Assembly (NCBI GenBank): GCA_963700145.1
Contig: OY969474.1
Coordinates: forward strand, 3,424,001 to 3,488,000
Direction: 5' to 3'
From: an uncultured Acidobacteriota bacterium
GTDB lineage: Bacteria > Acidobacteriota > Thermoanaerobaculia > Multivoradales > UBA5704
DNA length: 64,000 nucleotides
Part shown: positions 1 to 8,597 of the stretch, one piece after another
Layout of the letters: every line of letters begins with the position of its first letter
How positions within the stretch are numbered: the first letter of the stretch is position 1
Notes under the pieces: generated by a model
What the model was told of the DNA's origin: nothing
What the model saw: the letters and a program-made list of their open reading frames with translations, nothing else
Databases searched by the model: none
Made by a program: the position numbers and the translations under genes

Positions 1-80
1 CGCGCTGGCCGTTGGGCGGGTCCTGCGCTGCGGCCCCTGGACCCCGGCCGGCACCTTCGACCCTCCCTAAGGGGCCCGCC

Positions 81-563
81 ATGGACGACACGATCGACTA
101 CCAGCAGCGGGTGCAAGAGGCCCTGCGCGGGCTCGTCGTGCGTCTCCTCGCCGAGGTGGCGGAGGAGGGCCTGCCGGGCGACCACTACTTCTACCTCTCC
201 TTCCGCACCGGCCACCCGGGGGTGGCGATGCCGGCCTGGCTGCGCCAGCTCCATCCCGAGGAGCTCAACATCGTCCTCCAGCACCAGTACTGGGACCTCG
301 AGGTGGACGACGAGGCCTTCTCCGTCACCCTGAGCTTCGACGGCTCGCGGCAGCACCTCACGATCCCCTTCTCGGCGCTCACCGCCTTCCTCGACCCGGT
401 GGCGAGCTTCGGCCTGCGCTTCGACGGGGCCGCGGCGGCGGGGCCGGCGGGGGCGGCGGGGGAAGCGCAGGGCGCTCCGCCGGAGCCCACCGCGGCGCCG
501 CTGGGGCCGGGCGAGGAGCCGGGCGGCCAGGTCGTCCGCTTCGACCCGACGCGCAAGCGTTGA
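81..563 (+). CDS. sspB: ClpXP adaptor SspB family protein (alphaproteobacterial-like)
   Basis: GLPGDHYFYLSFRTGHPGV...IVLQHQYWDL...FSVTLSF motif, C-terminal VVRFD tail; ATG at 81. Confidence 0.85.
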   Translation: MDDTIDYQQRVQEALRGLVVRLLAEVAEEGLPGDHYFYLSFRTGHPGVAMPAWLRQLHPEELNIVLQHQYWDLEVDDEAFSVTLSFDGSRQHLTIPFSALTAFLDPVASFGLRFDGAAAAGPAGAAGEAQGAPPEPTAAPLGPGEEPGGQVVRFDPTRKR

Positions 564-660
564 GACCGAGGCGCCCCCGTCCTCCCCAGGTGACGAAGCC
601 GGGCTCCCGCGGACCCCTCCGTTTCGCCTGAAACCCTTTCGCCAGAGGCAGTTGCGCCCG

Positions 661-676
661 TGGCACCCGCCTTGCT
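661..676 (+). promoter_or_regulatory. sigma54 -24/-12 promoter
   Basis: TGGCACCCGCCTTGCT matches TGGCAC-N5-TTGC, ~40 bp upstream of ATG 718. Confidence 0.75.
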
Positions 677-717
677 CCTTAGGGGCCGCGGAACCCACTT
701 CACGAGAGGTATGCACC

Positions 718-1683
718 ATGATTCCGACCCGACTGCGACTCCCGATCTTCTCCGCCGCCCTCCTGCTGGCGGCGGTGCCCCTGCTCCTCGCCGGCTGCGG
801 CCGCGACGAGCCCGCGCAGCTCGCCACCGGCGCCCCCTACGGCACCCAGGACGCCGAGCTGTACAGCCAGTCCGCCCCTCTCGCGACCGAGCTCGACTAC
901 GACCTCGCCGAGTCCGTGCCCGAGATGCCGAACCAGGTGATCGTCGAAGAGGACCCGTCCGGCGCCGAGCGCGCCAGCCTGTCCGAGCGCGAGCGCGACC
1001 TCCAGGAGCGCGAGGCCGAGCTGGCCCGCCGCGAGCGCGAGGCCGACCTCGCCCGCCGCGAGGCCGAGGTGGCGGCGCGCGAGCGGAGCGCCCGGCGCGA
1101 GCCCGCGCCCCGCGAGGAGCGGGTGGCCGACTACGACGAGCCGGCCGAGCGCCCGGTGCGCCGCGCCAGCTCGGTGACCGTGCCGGCCGGCACGACCCTC
1201 GACGTCGAGCTGCTCGAGACCGTCTCGAGCCAGACCAGCCAGGTGGGCGACAGCGTGCGTGCGCGGGTGTCGGGCAGCGTCCACGAGGACGGCGTCAACG
1301 CCATCCCCGCCGGCTCCGAGGTGATCGGCGTGGTCAGCGACGCCCAGGCCCTGCGCCGCGTCGGCGGCCGGGCGCGGCTGGCGATCGATTTCACCGAGCT
1401 CGTCCTGCCCGACGGTCAGACCGTGCCGATCTCGGCCTCCTACAGCCAGATCGGCAAGAGCGAGACCGCCAAGGACGCGGCGACCATCGGCGCCGGCGCC
1501 GCCGTCGGCGGCGTCCTCGGCAAGCAGATCGAGAAAGACCGCCGCGGCACGGTCATCGGCGCCATCGTCGGCGCCGCCGCCGGCACCGCCATCGCCGCCA
1601 AGACCAAGGGCCGCCAGGTCACCCTCCCGGCCGGCACCAGCCTGAGCGTGTCGCTGCAGGACTCGGTGACGGTCCGGCGCTAG
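718..1683 (+). CDS. Lipoprotein with coiled coil, TrbI/VirB10-like beta domain and glycine zipper
   Basis: Lipobox LLAGC; RE-rich coiled coil; VTVPAGT...LPAGT motifs; GAGAAVGG/GAIVGAAAG zipper. Confidence 0.75.
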   Translation: MIPTRLRLPIFSAALLLAAVPLLLAGCGRDEPAQLATGAPYGTQDAELYSQSAPLATELDYDLAESVPEMPNQVIVEEDPSGAERASLSERERDLQEREAELARREREADLARREAEVAARERSARREPAPREERVADYDEPAERPVRRASSVTVPAGTTLDVELLETVSSQTSQVGDSVRARVSGSVHEDGVNAIPAGSEVIGVVSDAQALRRVGGRARLAIDFTELVLPDGQTVPISASYSQIGKSETAKDAATIGAGAAVGGVLGKQIEKDRRGTVIGAIVGAAAGTAIAAKTKGRQVTLPAGTSLSVSLQDSVTVRR

Positions 1684-1700
1684 CCGGTAAAGAGCCACGG

Positions 1701-1731
1701 GCCGCGGCGCCGCTCCAAAGGCGGCGCCGCG
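1701..1731. terminator. GC-rich hairpin between convergent genes
   Basis: ccgcggcgccgc...gcggcgccgcgg inverted repeat just after stop 1683; no U tract. Confidence 0.4.
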
Positions 1732-1794
1732 GGACCCTCGCGGTCGCCGCCGGCCCTCTGGCTACGAGGATTGCCTCCCCACGTGCGTCCCGAG

Positions 1795-1900
1795 CCCTAA
1801 CGTTCCTCTCAACGGCTCAGGCCTAAGAGGCGAGACCGCGCGATAGTGCGGTATTCCTCCGCTTATGGCAGTGTAGGCGGCCTTCCGATTCCTGTTCAGC
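1795..1900. mobile_element. Degenerate attC-like imperfect palindrome
   Basis: CCCTAAC (1795) ... GTTCAGC (1894) with nested arms aggcc/ggcct, taag/ctta, accgc/gcggt, next to the stop of the low-GC gene. Confidence 0.35.
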
Positions 1901-1905
1901 CAGCG

Positions 1906-3378
1906 CTATGGCTGAAACCAAACATTACTGACAGCGAGGGCTCCGCCCGTAGAGGAGGGCATTAGATCCGCCGTACAGCGCACGTTTGACATCCAGTCTA
2001 TATAGCGTAGGCCGATCGATCTATCGTGACGTAGAGTCATCTCGCAGAAGCCGTTGTTTCCCATATCCTCACGGAGCTTCCAGGGATGGAAACGGTGCCG
2101 CTCCTCGAGAAACACCAACGGCGCTGGTTCATGCTTTCCAGCCGCTCGCCGCTGATAAGGGTAACCGCCATGCCCGATGCAGCTGCCCGCGAATCCGAAT
2201 GGCGACGACGCCTCGAATAGCGCACAGTAGTGCGTGTTTCCCCAAAACCAGAGGTCAATTAACCTGTCTTGATCGAGGGATTTCAAATCGTCGTCATACA
2301 GATTAGTCGTCCCTTTGTGGCCGTATGTATAAGGCTCATCTCCAGAGAGGAGGATGGTCACCTTCTCGGCCGTCCGCCCCTGCTCCAGCGTCTCTCGAAG
2401 CCAAGCTTGGAGCTTGGCGTCATCGTGTCGCTTATGTCTCAGCCCCTCAGTGTCGATACCCACGACAAGACAAGTCCCGAAGTCAAGCGCAAAGTAGCTC
2501 CCCTCTTGGCGCTGCACGCCAGGGTGGTCCGCGAGGCGGTGCCGAATGTAGCGGAAATAGGGCTCCGCTCGCGATTGCATCTCGTGGTTCGAATTGAGAT
2601 TCCAGAGTGGCGTGGTCGACAGCAACGGATCGAGCTGCTTACGGAATCGCTTGCGATATTCTGACGCCCTTCCAGCATAGTATACATCGCCGAGGTGAAT
2701 CGTGGCGTCATAGCCTCCACGACTGATCTGCTTCGCGATGTATTCTGAATGGTAATAGGCGGTTCCGAAATCTGAAAACAGGGCAATCCGGATCGGAGTT
2801 GCCTGCGTTGGTTCGTTTAGAGAGTAGCGAAAGAGCGAAGGGAAGGCGAGGTTCTCGTGCCGAAGAAAATGAGGGCTTGGCGAGAAGTTGCCGAGCAGGA
2901 ACGGACCGGAGAAGAAGAGCCACCCAAGAGCATCTCCGACTTCCTCGAAAGTGTGCTTGCCCGGCTCAATCTTGATCGTCGGATCAATACCAGGGAACGT
3001 GAAGTCAGGCGGTAGAGGTTGAGCGATCTTTAGGAATGCCGCGTCGGCGGACATTGCCTCAAGAGCGGCCGTAGGATTGTCAAATACCGCTCGTGCGCGC
3101 TCCACAAGGGCGCGTAACTCGTGCTCAGTAATTTCCCCATCCCAGAGCTCCCGTGCGCGCGCCACGACCGTCTCGGGTTCTGTTTCAAGAGCCGCCGCTA
3201 TTTGCTCAAGTTGCTCTCGGTCGAGTGGAGGTATCTCGCTTTCGGCTGGCTCAAGCTGTTCTCGATCATGAGGAACAAATTCGGCGTCGGCTTCTATGGT
3301 CTTCTTGGCTAAAACCTCTACAGCTGGAGCTTCCACGTCGGGATCTAAGAAACGATAAACATCGTAGATTGTCGCCAT
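1906..3378 (-). CDS. Calcineurin-like / purple-acid-phosphatase-type metallophosphoesterase with acidic N-terminal extension
   Basis: Motifs SDFG, HLGDVYY, NSNHE, WFWGNTH; visibly lower GC than flanks; RBS gggggag. Confidence 0.85.
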   Translation of the reverse strand: MATIYDVYRFLDPDVEAPAVEVLAKKTIEADAEFVPHDREQLEPAESEIPPLDREQLEQIAAALETEPETVVARARELWDGEITEHELRALVERARAVFDNPTAALEAMSADAAFLKIAQPLPPDFTFPGIDPTIKIEPGKHTFEEVGDALGWLFFSGPFLLGNFSPSPHFLRHENLAFPSLFRYSLNEPTQATPIRIALFSDFGTAYYHSEYIAKQISRGGYDATIHLGDVYYAGRASEYRKRFRKQLDPLLSTTPLWNLNSNHEMQSRAEPYFRYIRHRLADHPGVQRQEGSYFALDFGTCLVVGIDTEGLRHKRHDDAKLQAWLRETLEQGRTAEKVTILLSGDEPYTYGHKGTTNLYDDDLKSLDQDRLIDLWFWGNTHYCALFEASSPFGFAGSCIGHGGYPYQRRAAGKHEPAPLVFLEERHRFHPWKLREDMGNNGFCEMTLRHDRSIGLRYIDWMSNVRCTADLMPSSTGGALAVSNVWFQP

Positions 3379-3441
3379 CTCTCCCCCCTGTAGCAGTCTG
3401 TCGCAGCCTGCCGTCTTGCTATAGCTATCCTTGCATTCTGC

Positions 3442-3575
3442 GTCTAACCTCTTTTACGACTCAAGGCCCGCAGGTGTGTCGGCATAGCCAACAGTCGGCT
3501 GTCCTCTTGCTCCGCGGCTCCGACTGCGCCGGTTTACATTCATGGGCCTGTAGTTAGCTAAGTAGCTAGTATAGC
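3442..3575. mobile_element. Degenerate attC-like imperfect palindrome
   Basis: GTCTAAC at 3442 (GTTAGAC on minus strand, 64 nt before the ATG at 3378), inner aggccc/gggcct arms, degenerate far end GTATAGC. Confidence 0.35.
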
Positions 3576-3726
3576 AAGAAAGGCGGGGGCTTGCCTAAGA
3601 ACCGGTAGCGAGCCGACGGCTCGGCGCCCCGAGGTGCGCTCCGAGGCTCGTGCCGGGCGGTTCGAGCGCTCGGCGAGCGGCGGCGAACCGCCCCCGGGGC
3701 CGGCGGAGCCGGGATCCCGGCTCGGC

Positions 3727-4143
3727 TCAGCGCCCCGCCTGTTCCAGCCTCCGCACTCCTTCGGCAAACTCCTCCAGCGGCCCGAGCCGTTCGAGAGCTT
3801 GGACCACCCGCTCGAGGTCGAGTGCCACGTACTCGTGGATCAGGACGTTGCGGAAGCCGGGGAGCGGCTCGAGGTCGCGCACCAGGCGGTCGGGGAACTC
3901 GGGGTAGGCGGTGAGGCTGCGGACCGCTTCGGTGTAGTCCTCGAACCGCTGGCCCCGTCGCCCGGCCAGCTCGCCGGCGATGTCGATCAGGAGCTGACAG
4001 ACGGTTTGCAGCGAGAAGAGCACGTCGTTGTGGAGCGTCAGGTCGCGGCGCAGCGCCTCGGCGCTCGTGACGCGCGGCCGCAGCTCCTTGAGATGGTCGA
4101 GGTGCCGGCGGAGCTCGACCAGGCGCTCGACGACCGGGCTCAC
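3727..4143 (-). CDS. HepT-like (DUF86/HEPN) RNase toxin
   Basis: RX4HXY motif FRNVLIHEY; 4-bp overlap with upstream MNT gene. Confidence 0.9.
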   Translation of the reverse strand: MSPVVERLVELRRHLDHLKELRPRVTSAEALRRDLTLHNDVLFSLQTVCQLLIDIAGELAGRRGQRFEDYTEAVRSLTAYPEFPDRLVRDLEPLPGFRNVLIHEYVALDLERVVQALERLGPLEEFAEGVRRLEQAGR

Positions 4144-4595
4144 CGGGCGAGCGCCTCGAGCTTGAGCTGGCGCATGCGCTCGAGCCAGGGGGCGAGGTCG
4201 GCGGCCAGGAGTTGGACCTGCACGACATGGGCGCGGTCGGCTTCGGGGTCAGCGCAGAAGAAGCGCTCGCCGTCCCACACGATGCTCCGCCCGAAGAGCG
4301 GCGGCAGGTCGTTGAGGATGACGACGTCGAGCCGGTCCTCGCGCATGCGCAGGGCGTGGGCCAGCTCCCCGATCAGCCGCAGACGCGCCGCGAAGCGCTC
4401 CTGCCGCGTCGGGTGCCGCTGCCAGTCGAGGAGCACGGCCACGTCGATGTCGCTCTCCCGGTGCGCCCGGCCGGCGGCGTGGCTGCCGAAGAGATAGGCC
4501 GAGACGATCCCCTCGACGGGCGCCGCCGCCAGCGCTTCGCGCAGCCGCTCCGGGAGCGGACTTCCCGTAGTCTTTTCGGCGTCGTCGATCGTCAC
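4140..4595 (-). CDS. MntA-like minimal nucleotidyltransferase antitoxin (type VII TA)
   Basis: YLFGSHAAGRAHRESDIDVAV = GSX10DXD; GTG 6 nt after a TATGCT -10 box. Confidence 0.9.
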   Translation of the reverse strand: MTIDDAEKTTGSPLPERLREALAAAPVEGIVSAYLFGSHAAGRAHRESDIDVAVLLDWQRHPTRQERFAARLRLIGELAHALRMREDRLDVVILNDLPPLFGRSIVWDGERFFCADPEADRAHVVQVQLLAADLAPWLERMRQLKLEALAR

Positions 4596-4623
4596 CGCGC
4601 CAGCATAGCGCGCAGGCGCGAGC

Positions 4624-5121
4624 CTAGGAGACGAGCTGGGATGTTGCTGCACACAGCGCAGGGCTTTCGTAAGCTCCGCGACGACCCCGAATCGGCGGGG
4701 CCTTGACGGGGCGCAAGGTAGAGGTACCCGGCAACTCGACCGACCCGGATGCGGAGAGTACTTCGCAGCCGAAGTGCCAAAAGAGAAGTCCTTTGACCTG
4801 CACGATGCGAGTTGGGTGGCTCAGAACCCGCACGAGATCGTGAGAGAACTCGGCCACCATTGCCGGGTACGAGTCGTAATCGTCACGTTCGTAACGCCGA
4901 CTCCAGAACAGGACGTCGGCCGGAGTGCCTAAGAGGCATGCGTCGAGCTCAAGTGTGTACTCGTCGGTGTGCAGATAGGCTCTGAAAAAGTACGCCGCCC
5001 CAGGTGCAGGAGGAAACTCGAGACAGATGTAGTTTCCATCCTGCTCTATCTTTGGCGTGAGATCGGAGCAAGACCCGCGGAGTGTCTCCAACACGCCTTC
5101 CAGAACTGCTTCGGCTTTCAA
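4624..5121 (-). CDS. Hypothetical protein
   Basis: 165-aa ORF with protein-like composition, in series with neighbours; lower GC. Confidence 0.6.
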   Translation of the reverse strand: MKAEAVLEGVLETLRGSCSDLTPKIEQDGNYICLEFPPAPGAAYFFRAYLHTDEYTLELDACLLGTPADVLFWSRRYERDDYDSYPAMVAEFSHDLVRVLSHPTRIVQVKGLLFWHFGCEVLSASGSVELPGTSTLRPVKAPPIRGRRGAYESPALCAATSQLVS

Positions 5122-5130
5122 CCGATGCTC

Positions 5131-5616
5131 CTATGACCCGGCAGCCCCGGCGACTGCCGCGCTGTCGTCCCGGTTCCAGATCACCAAGACCAACCAGAAG
5201 GCGAACACCTGGATCGGAATCGACCAATCGGGTGACAGCTCGATGATGGTCCTCCGGGAGAACACACCGACCGGACGAATGCTGCCCACGACGGCTTCGC
5301 CCTGGAAGACCGAGAAGCTTCTGCCGAAAGCGGAGGTTCGTTGCAAGACGTACTGCCGGGCCTCGAGCTCTAGCTCGAACCGGGAACGGAAGGCGCTCGG
5401 CTTGATGGCGCGTGCGACGACCTGGCCTTCGGTCTTGCTCTCCAGCACGAAGGCCCCACTCATCCGGCCCTCGCGGTACAGCTTGTAAGGCCGGCCCTCG
5501 ATCGAGATCGCGGCGGCCTCCTTCCAGCCCGAGACGTCGAGCAACGCGATCTTCTGCCCGTCGGCTTCGATGTCGAAGTCCTGGGAGAGGATTCCGACGG
5601 GCCTGGCTTCGAGCAC
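5131..5616 (-). CDS. Hypothetical protein, LURP-one/tubby C-terminal-like
   Basis: Repeated beta-strand pattern (F..F.. G....G.I) and C-terminal hydrophobic helix. Confidence 0.65.
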   Translation of the reverse strand: MLEARPVGILSQDFDIEADGQKIALLDVSGWKEAAAISIEGRPYKLYREGRMSGAFVLESKTEGQVVARAIKPSAFRSRFELELEARQYVLQRTSAFGRSFSVFQGEAVVGSIRPVGVFSRRTIIELSPDWSIPIQVFAFWLVLVIWNRDDSAAVAGAAGS

Positions 5617-5628
5617 GGCGCCCCTTTC

Positions 5629-6738
5629 TTACTGGGTCGCTACCGGTCCACTGTTGACCTCGACCCGCTTCACGAACCTCAAGAGCATGAACCCCGGATC
5701 CCTCGTATTGGGGCGCCCGATGGCGGCGAGCACGCGGACGTTGCCGTGGACGGCGCCCGCCGGCGATCGGCAGAGATCCGCGAACTGGACGCCCAGGTGC
5801 GAGTCCCGGCTTTCACGGACCTCGGCCAGGATGGGTTGGTCGAAGCCGGTCGTGCCGAGGCGGTTGGCGCCCCTCAGTCGATGGACGGCCCCGTTGTCGC
5901 TGTCGTCGAGCTCACGGAACAGCCTCGTCACGACGTTGAGAGATCTCTCCTCCTCGATCTCGACGACCGAATAGCGCCCCGTTGTCGGATCGAACTGGAA
6001 GGGAAGCTCGACCTCCTCGGTCTGCGGATATTTGACCCACGGCGCCCAGCCCGGTTGAAAGTCGTCCTCGCCGTCCTGGTCCTCGTCGAAATCGAAGTCC
6101 GCGAGCTCGGTGAAGCGATGGATCGCGCCGTCCTGAAGCAGGATCAGCTCCACGTCCTCGTTCCTGCCCGGCCGGTTCTGCCACCAGATCGCTTCCGTCG
6201 GGTGGATCTCCCGCTGGTTCTCGTTGCCCTCGTCCCTCACCCAGGGGCCGTACAGGCAGAGGTCCTGGCCGAGCAGCGGGGATGGCTTCCCGCTCCCCTT
6301 GAGCGGGAAGAACCTGTTGTCCCGCAGAGGCACCGCCGGCGTCACTTCACACTCGACCATGCCCTCTCCCATCCAGGGAGCGAAGGCGGCGCTGGGAACC
6401 ACGTCCAGGTTCCAGTCGTGCTCGTTCTGATCCGGGTGCACCGTGGCCACGAAGTACTTCCCCAGGCGGCCGCCCAAGGTTTCCCGGCGGCCGCTGATGG
6501 GCCTCCAGGGAGCCTTCCTGGAAGCGAAGAAGAGGATGTTGGGGTGATAGAGGTTCTGGACGCTGATGCCGAATTGGTGAGCGTTCACGAACTCGGCATA
6601 GCTGGTGAAATCTTCTGTGCAGGGAGGAAGCGTGTCCAAGCGGACGAGCGTGTCCTGCGGCAGATCGTCGCGGGTGCACGACGCGGAGGCCGCGGCGACG
6701 AGAAAGAAGACGGCGGTGCGAAAGCGCCTGGTCTTCAT
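5629..6738 (-). CDS. Putative secreted/lipoprotein of unknown function
   Basis: MKTRR...VAAASASC signal; EHDWN, ECEVTP, GPWVRD...EIHP motifs; acidic DFDEDQDGEDD loop. Confidence 0.7.
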   Translation of the reverse strand: MKTRRFRTAVFFLVAAASASCTRDDLPQDTLVRLDTLPPCTEDFTSYAEFVNAHQFGISVQNLYHPNILFFASRKAPWRPISGRRETLGGRLGKYFVATVHPDQNEHDWNLDVVPSAAFAPWMGEGMVECEVTPAVPLRDNRFFPLKGSGKPSPLLGQDLCLYGPWVRDEGNENQREIHPTEAIWWQNRPGRNEDVELILLQDGAIHRFTELADFDFDEDQDGEDDFQPGWAPWVKYPQTEEVELPFQFDPTTGRYSVVEIEEERSLNVVTRLFRELDDSDNGAVHRLRGANRLGTTGFDQPILAEVRESRDSHLGVQFADLCRSPAGAVHGNVRVLAAIGRPNTRDPGFMLLRFVKRVEVNSGPVATQ

Positions 6739-6799
6739 CGGGCCCGCCAAGTATGGGCCGCTCGGGTAGGCTGTCAACCGTGGAGAGGAGTGGCTGCCG

Positions 6800-7189
6800 A
6801 TGAACGCCAAGCCCACGACCATCGACGAGTACCTCGCCCCGTTGAGCGAGGACAAGCGGGCCGCGCTCGAGAGGCTGCGGAAGATCATCCGGGCGGCGGC
6901 TCCCAAGGCCGAGGAGTGCATCAGCTATCAGCTCCCCGCCTTCTGTCTCGACGGCAAGGCCTTCATCTGGATCGGCGCCGCCGCGAACCACTGCGCCATC
7001 TACGGCGTCGGGGGAGCCGACGCGGACGAGCTCAAGGACTACGACACCAGCAAGGGCACCATTCGCTTTCAGCCGGACAAACCCTTGCCGGCGACCCTCG
7101 TCCGCAAGCTGGTCAAGGCTCGGATCGCAAGGAACGCGGCCAAACAAAAGCCGCGAGCGGGCGGCACCGCACGCCGCCCGCCGCTCTAG
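6800..7189 (+). CDS. DUF1801 / YdhG-like protein
   Basis: TIDEYL...LRKIIRAAAPKAEECISYQLPAF...SKGTIRF; RBS gaggag. Confidence 0.9.
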   Translation: MNAKPTTIDEYLAPLSEDKRAALERLRKIIRAAAPKAEECISYQLPAFCLDGKAFIWIGAAANHCAIYGVGGADADELKDYDTSKGTIRFQPDKPLPATLVRKLVKARIARNAAKQKPRAGGTARRPPL

Positions 7190-7295
7190 GCAGGCGCCCC
7201 CGCGGCGATTAGGCGGCAGCGATCCGCCGTTCTAATCGCCGCCTCTCGCGTGAGCAGGCTGCTTCGGCTTCTAGTCGCGCAGGGCGCGCTCAGTA

Positions 7296-7775
7296 TTAAC
7301 ACTCAACCGTATACTCACAAGTACAAGATTGAGAACCGAACGGGCTGGAGAGGACAGTGTTCACGCATCTGCCGGTGCCTGAGGCGCAGAGCCACGCAAT
7401 ATTGTCATTGCAGTCGAGCTCGCAACTCGCCCAGTCGCCGCTCGAACAGTACTGCGGGAACGGGTTAATGTCCCACTCGCAGCCCGACAGGGTCGGATTC
7501 GACATGCACTTGCTGTACTTGGGAGTGTTGTTCGGGCACTCCCACTTACAGCAGGCATCGGTGCCGCCGAAGTCCGCGCACGCGCCGCCGGCGTAGCCGT
7601 TGCTCCAGTAGCCGTTGGGGTTGTCTCGACAGAACCTGTCAGCGTTGCGGCAGGATATGTAGCACGTATTGCTACAGAGCTGTGCTTCCGCACCGCCGGC
7701 GCTTACCAACAGAGTCATCGCTGTAAGGATGGTGAGCCTGATGAAGGTTCGCAGCGTTTTGGCTTTTGACCTCAT
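7296..7775 (-). CDS. Secreted cysteine-rich protein (18 Cys)
   Basis: Strong RBS AAGGAGGT; signal peptide ending AEA-Q; 18 Cys in mature part. Confidence 0.8.
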   Translation of the reverse strand: MRSKAKTLRTFIRLTILTAMTLLVSAGGAEAQLCSNTCYISCRNADRFCRDNPNGYWSNGYAGGACADFGGTDACCKWECPNNTPKYSKCMSNPTLSGCEWDINPFPQYCSSGDWASCELDCNDNIAWLCASGTGRCVNTVLSSPFGSQSCTCEYTVEC

Positions 7776-7873
7776 GTCTTACCTCCTTGTTGGTAACTCC
7801 AAGCCTTCGATTCACCCGGAGGCCGAATCGCCGGCGCGTGAACCCGCGCCAGCTCATAGTCTTTCAAGAAGTG

Positions 7874-7889
7874 TGCAAGCAATGTGCCA
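7874..7889 (-). promoter_or_regulatory. sigma54 -24/-12 promoter
   Basis: Minus strand TGGCACATTGCTTGCA, ~100 bp upstream of ATG 7775. Confidence 0.8.
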
Positions 7890-7902
7890 GTTTGAAATAG
7901 TA

Positions 7903-7930
7903 GTGACCATGGTAGATTGACCAGGGTCAC
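7903..7930. promoter_or_regulatory. Probable antitoxin operator
   Basis: GTGACC...GGTCAC inverted repeat containing two TGACCA(T/G)GGT units just upstream of the phd-like gene. Confidence 0.55.
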
Positions 7931-7942
7931 AGAGGAGACCTC

Positions 7943-8188
7943 ATGCCGAAGCGAGCGCCCCAGGCCGTGTCGAAATCGAGATTCAAGGCGCAGGCGCTGG
8001 AGTACTTCCGCGAGGTCGAGAGGTCCGGCAAGGAGCTGGTCATCACTGACCATGGGCGGCCGGTGCTGAAGGTCGTGCCGTACGCCGAAGACCCGGCCGC
8101 CGCCCTGGAATCGCTGCGCGGCAGCGTGCTGCGTTACGACGACCCGCTCGAGCCGGTGGGCGTCGAAGACTGGGAAGCGTTGCGCTGA
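7943..8188 (+). CDS. Phd/YefM family antitoxin
   Basis: VSKSRFKAQALEYFREVE...LVITDHGRPV; RBS aggag. Confidence 0.9.
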   Translation: MPKRAPQAVSKSRFKAQALEYFREVERSGKELVITDHGRPVLKVVPYAEDPAAALESLRGSVLRYDDPLEPVGVEDWEALR

Positions 8189-8580
8189 TCCTGCTCGATA
8201 CCCATGCCTGGGTTTGGTGGGTCGCCCGCCCCACGCTGCTCTCGCCGGCGGCGCGTCGCAAGATCGAGACCGCGGTCGAGCAGGGCGAGGTCAACGTGTC
8301 GGCGATCAGTTGCTGGGAGGTCTCGCTGCTCGTCCAGCGCGGCAGGCTCGAGCTGGCGATGGCGGTCGAGGAGTGGATCGCGCGCTCGGAGGCGCTTCCG
8401 TTCCTCGAATTCCTGCCGGTGGACCACCGCATCGCCGCGCGAGCGAACAGCCTCCCCGGCAACCTGCACGCCGACCCGGCCGACCGCCTGATCGTCGCCA
8501 CGGCCCTTCTCCACGGCCTGCCGCTGGTCACGAAAGACCGCAGGCTGCGCCGCTTCCCGCACGTCGAGACGGTCTGGTAG
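8185..8580 (+). CDS. vapC: VapC PIN-domain toxin (probable CTG start)
   Basis: Frame begins (L)ILLDTHAWVWW at CTG 8185, then SAISCWE and HADPADRLIVATA...LVTKD. Confidence 0.9.
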   Translation: MILLDTHAWVWWVARPTLLSPAARRKIETAVEQGEVNVSAISCWEVSLLVQRGRLELAMAVEEWIARSEALPFLEFLPVDHRIAARANSLPGNLHADPADRLIVATALLHGLPLVTKDRRLRRFPHVETVW

Positions 8581-8597
8581 CGCGTCGGCTCTCGCCT

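Noticed and set aside
3581-3594. AGGCGGGGGCTTGC as a sigma54 promoter
   Set aside because: GG-to-GC spacing is 9 rather than 10
4763-4779. sigma54-like TGGCACTTCGGCTGCG on minus strand
   Set aside because: Inside a CDS, weak -12 box, and the downstream gene has its own -10 element
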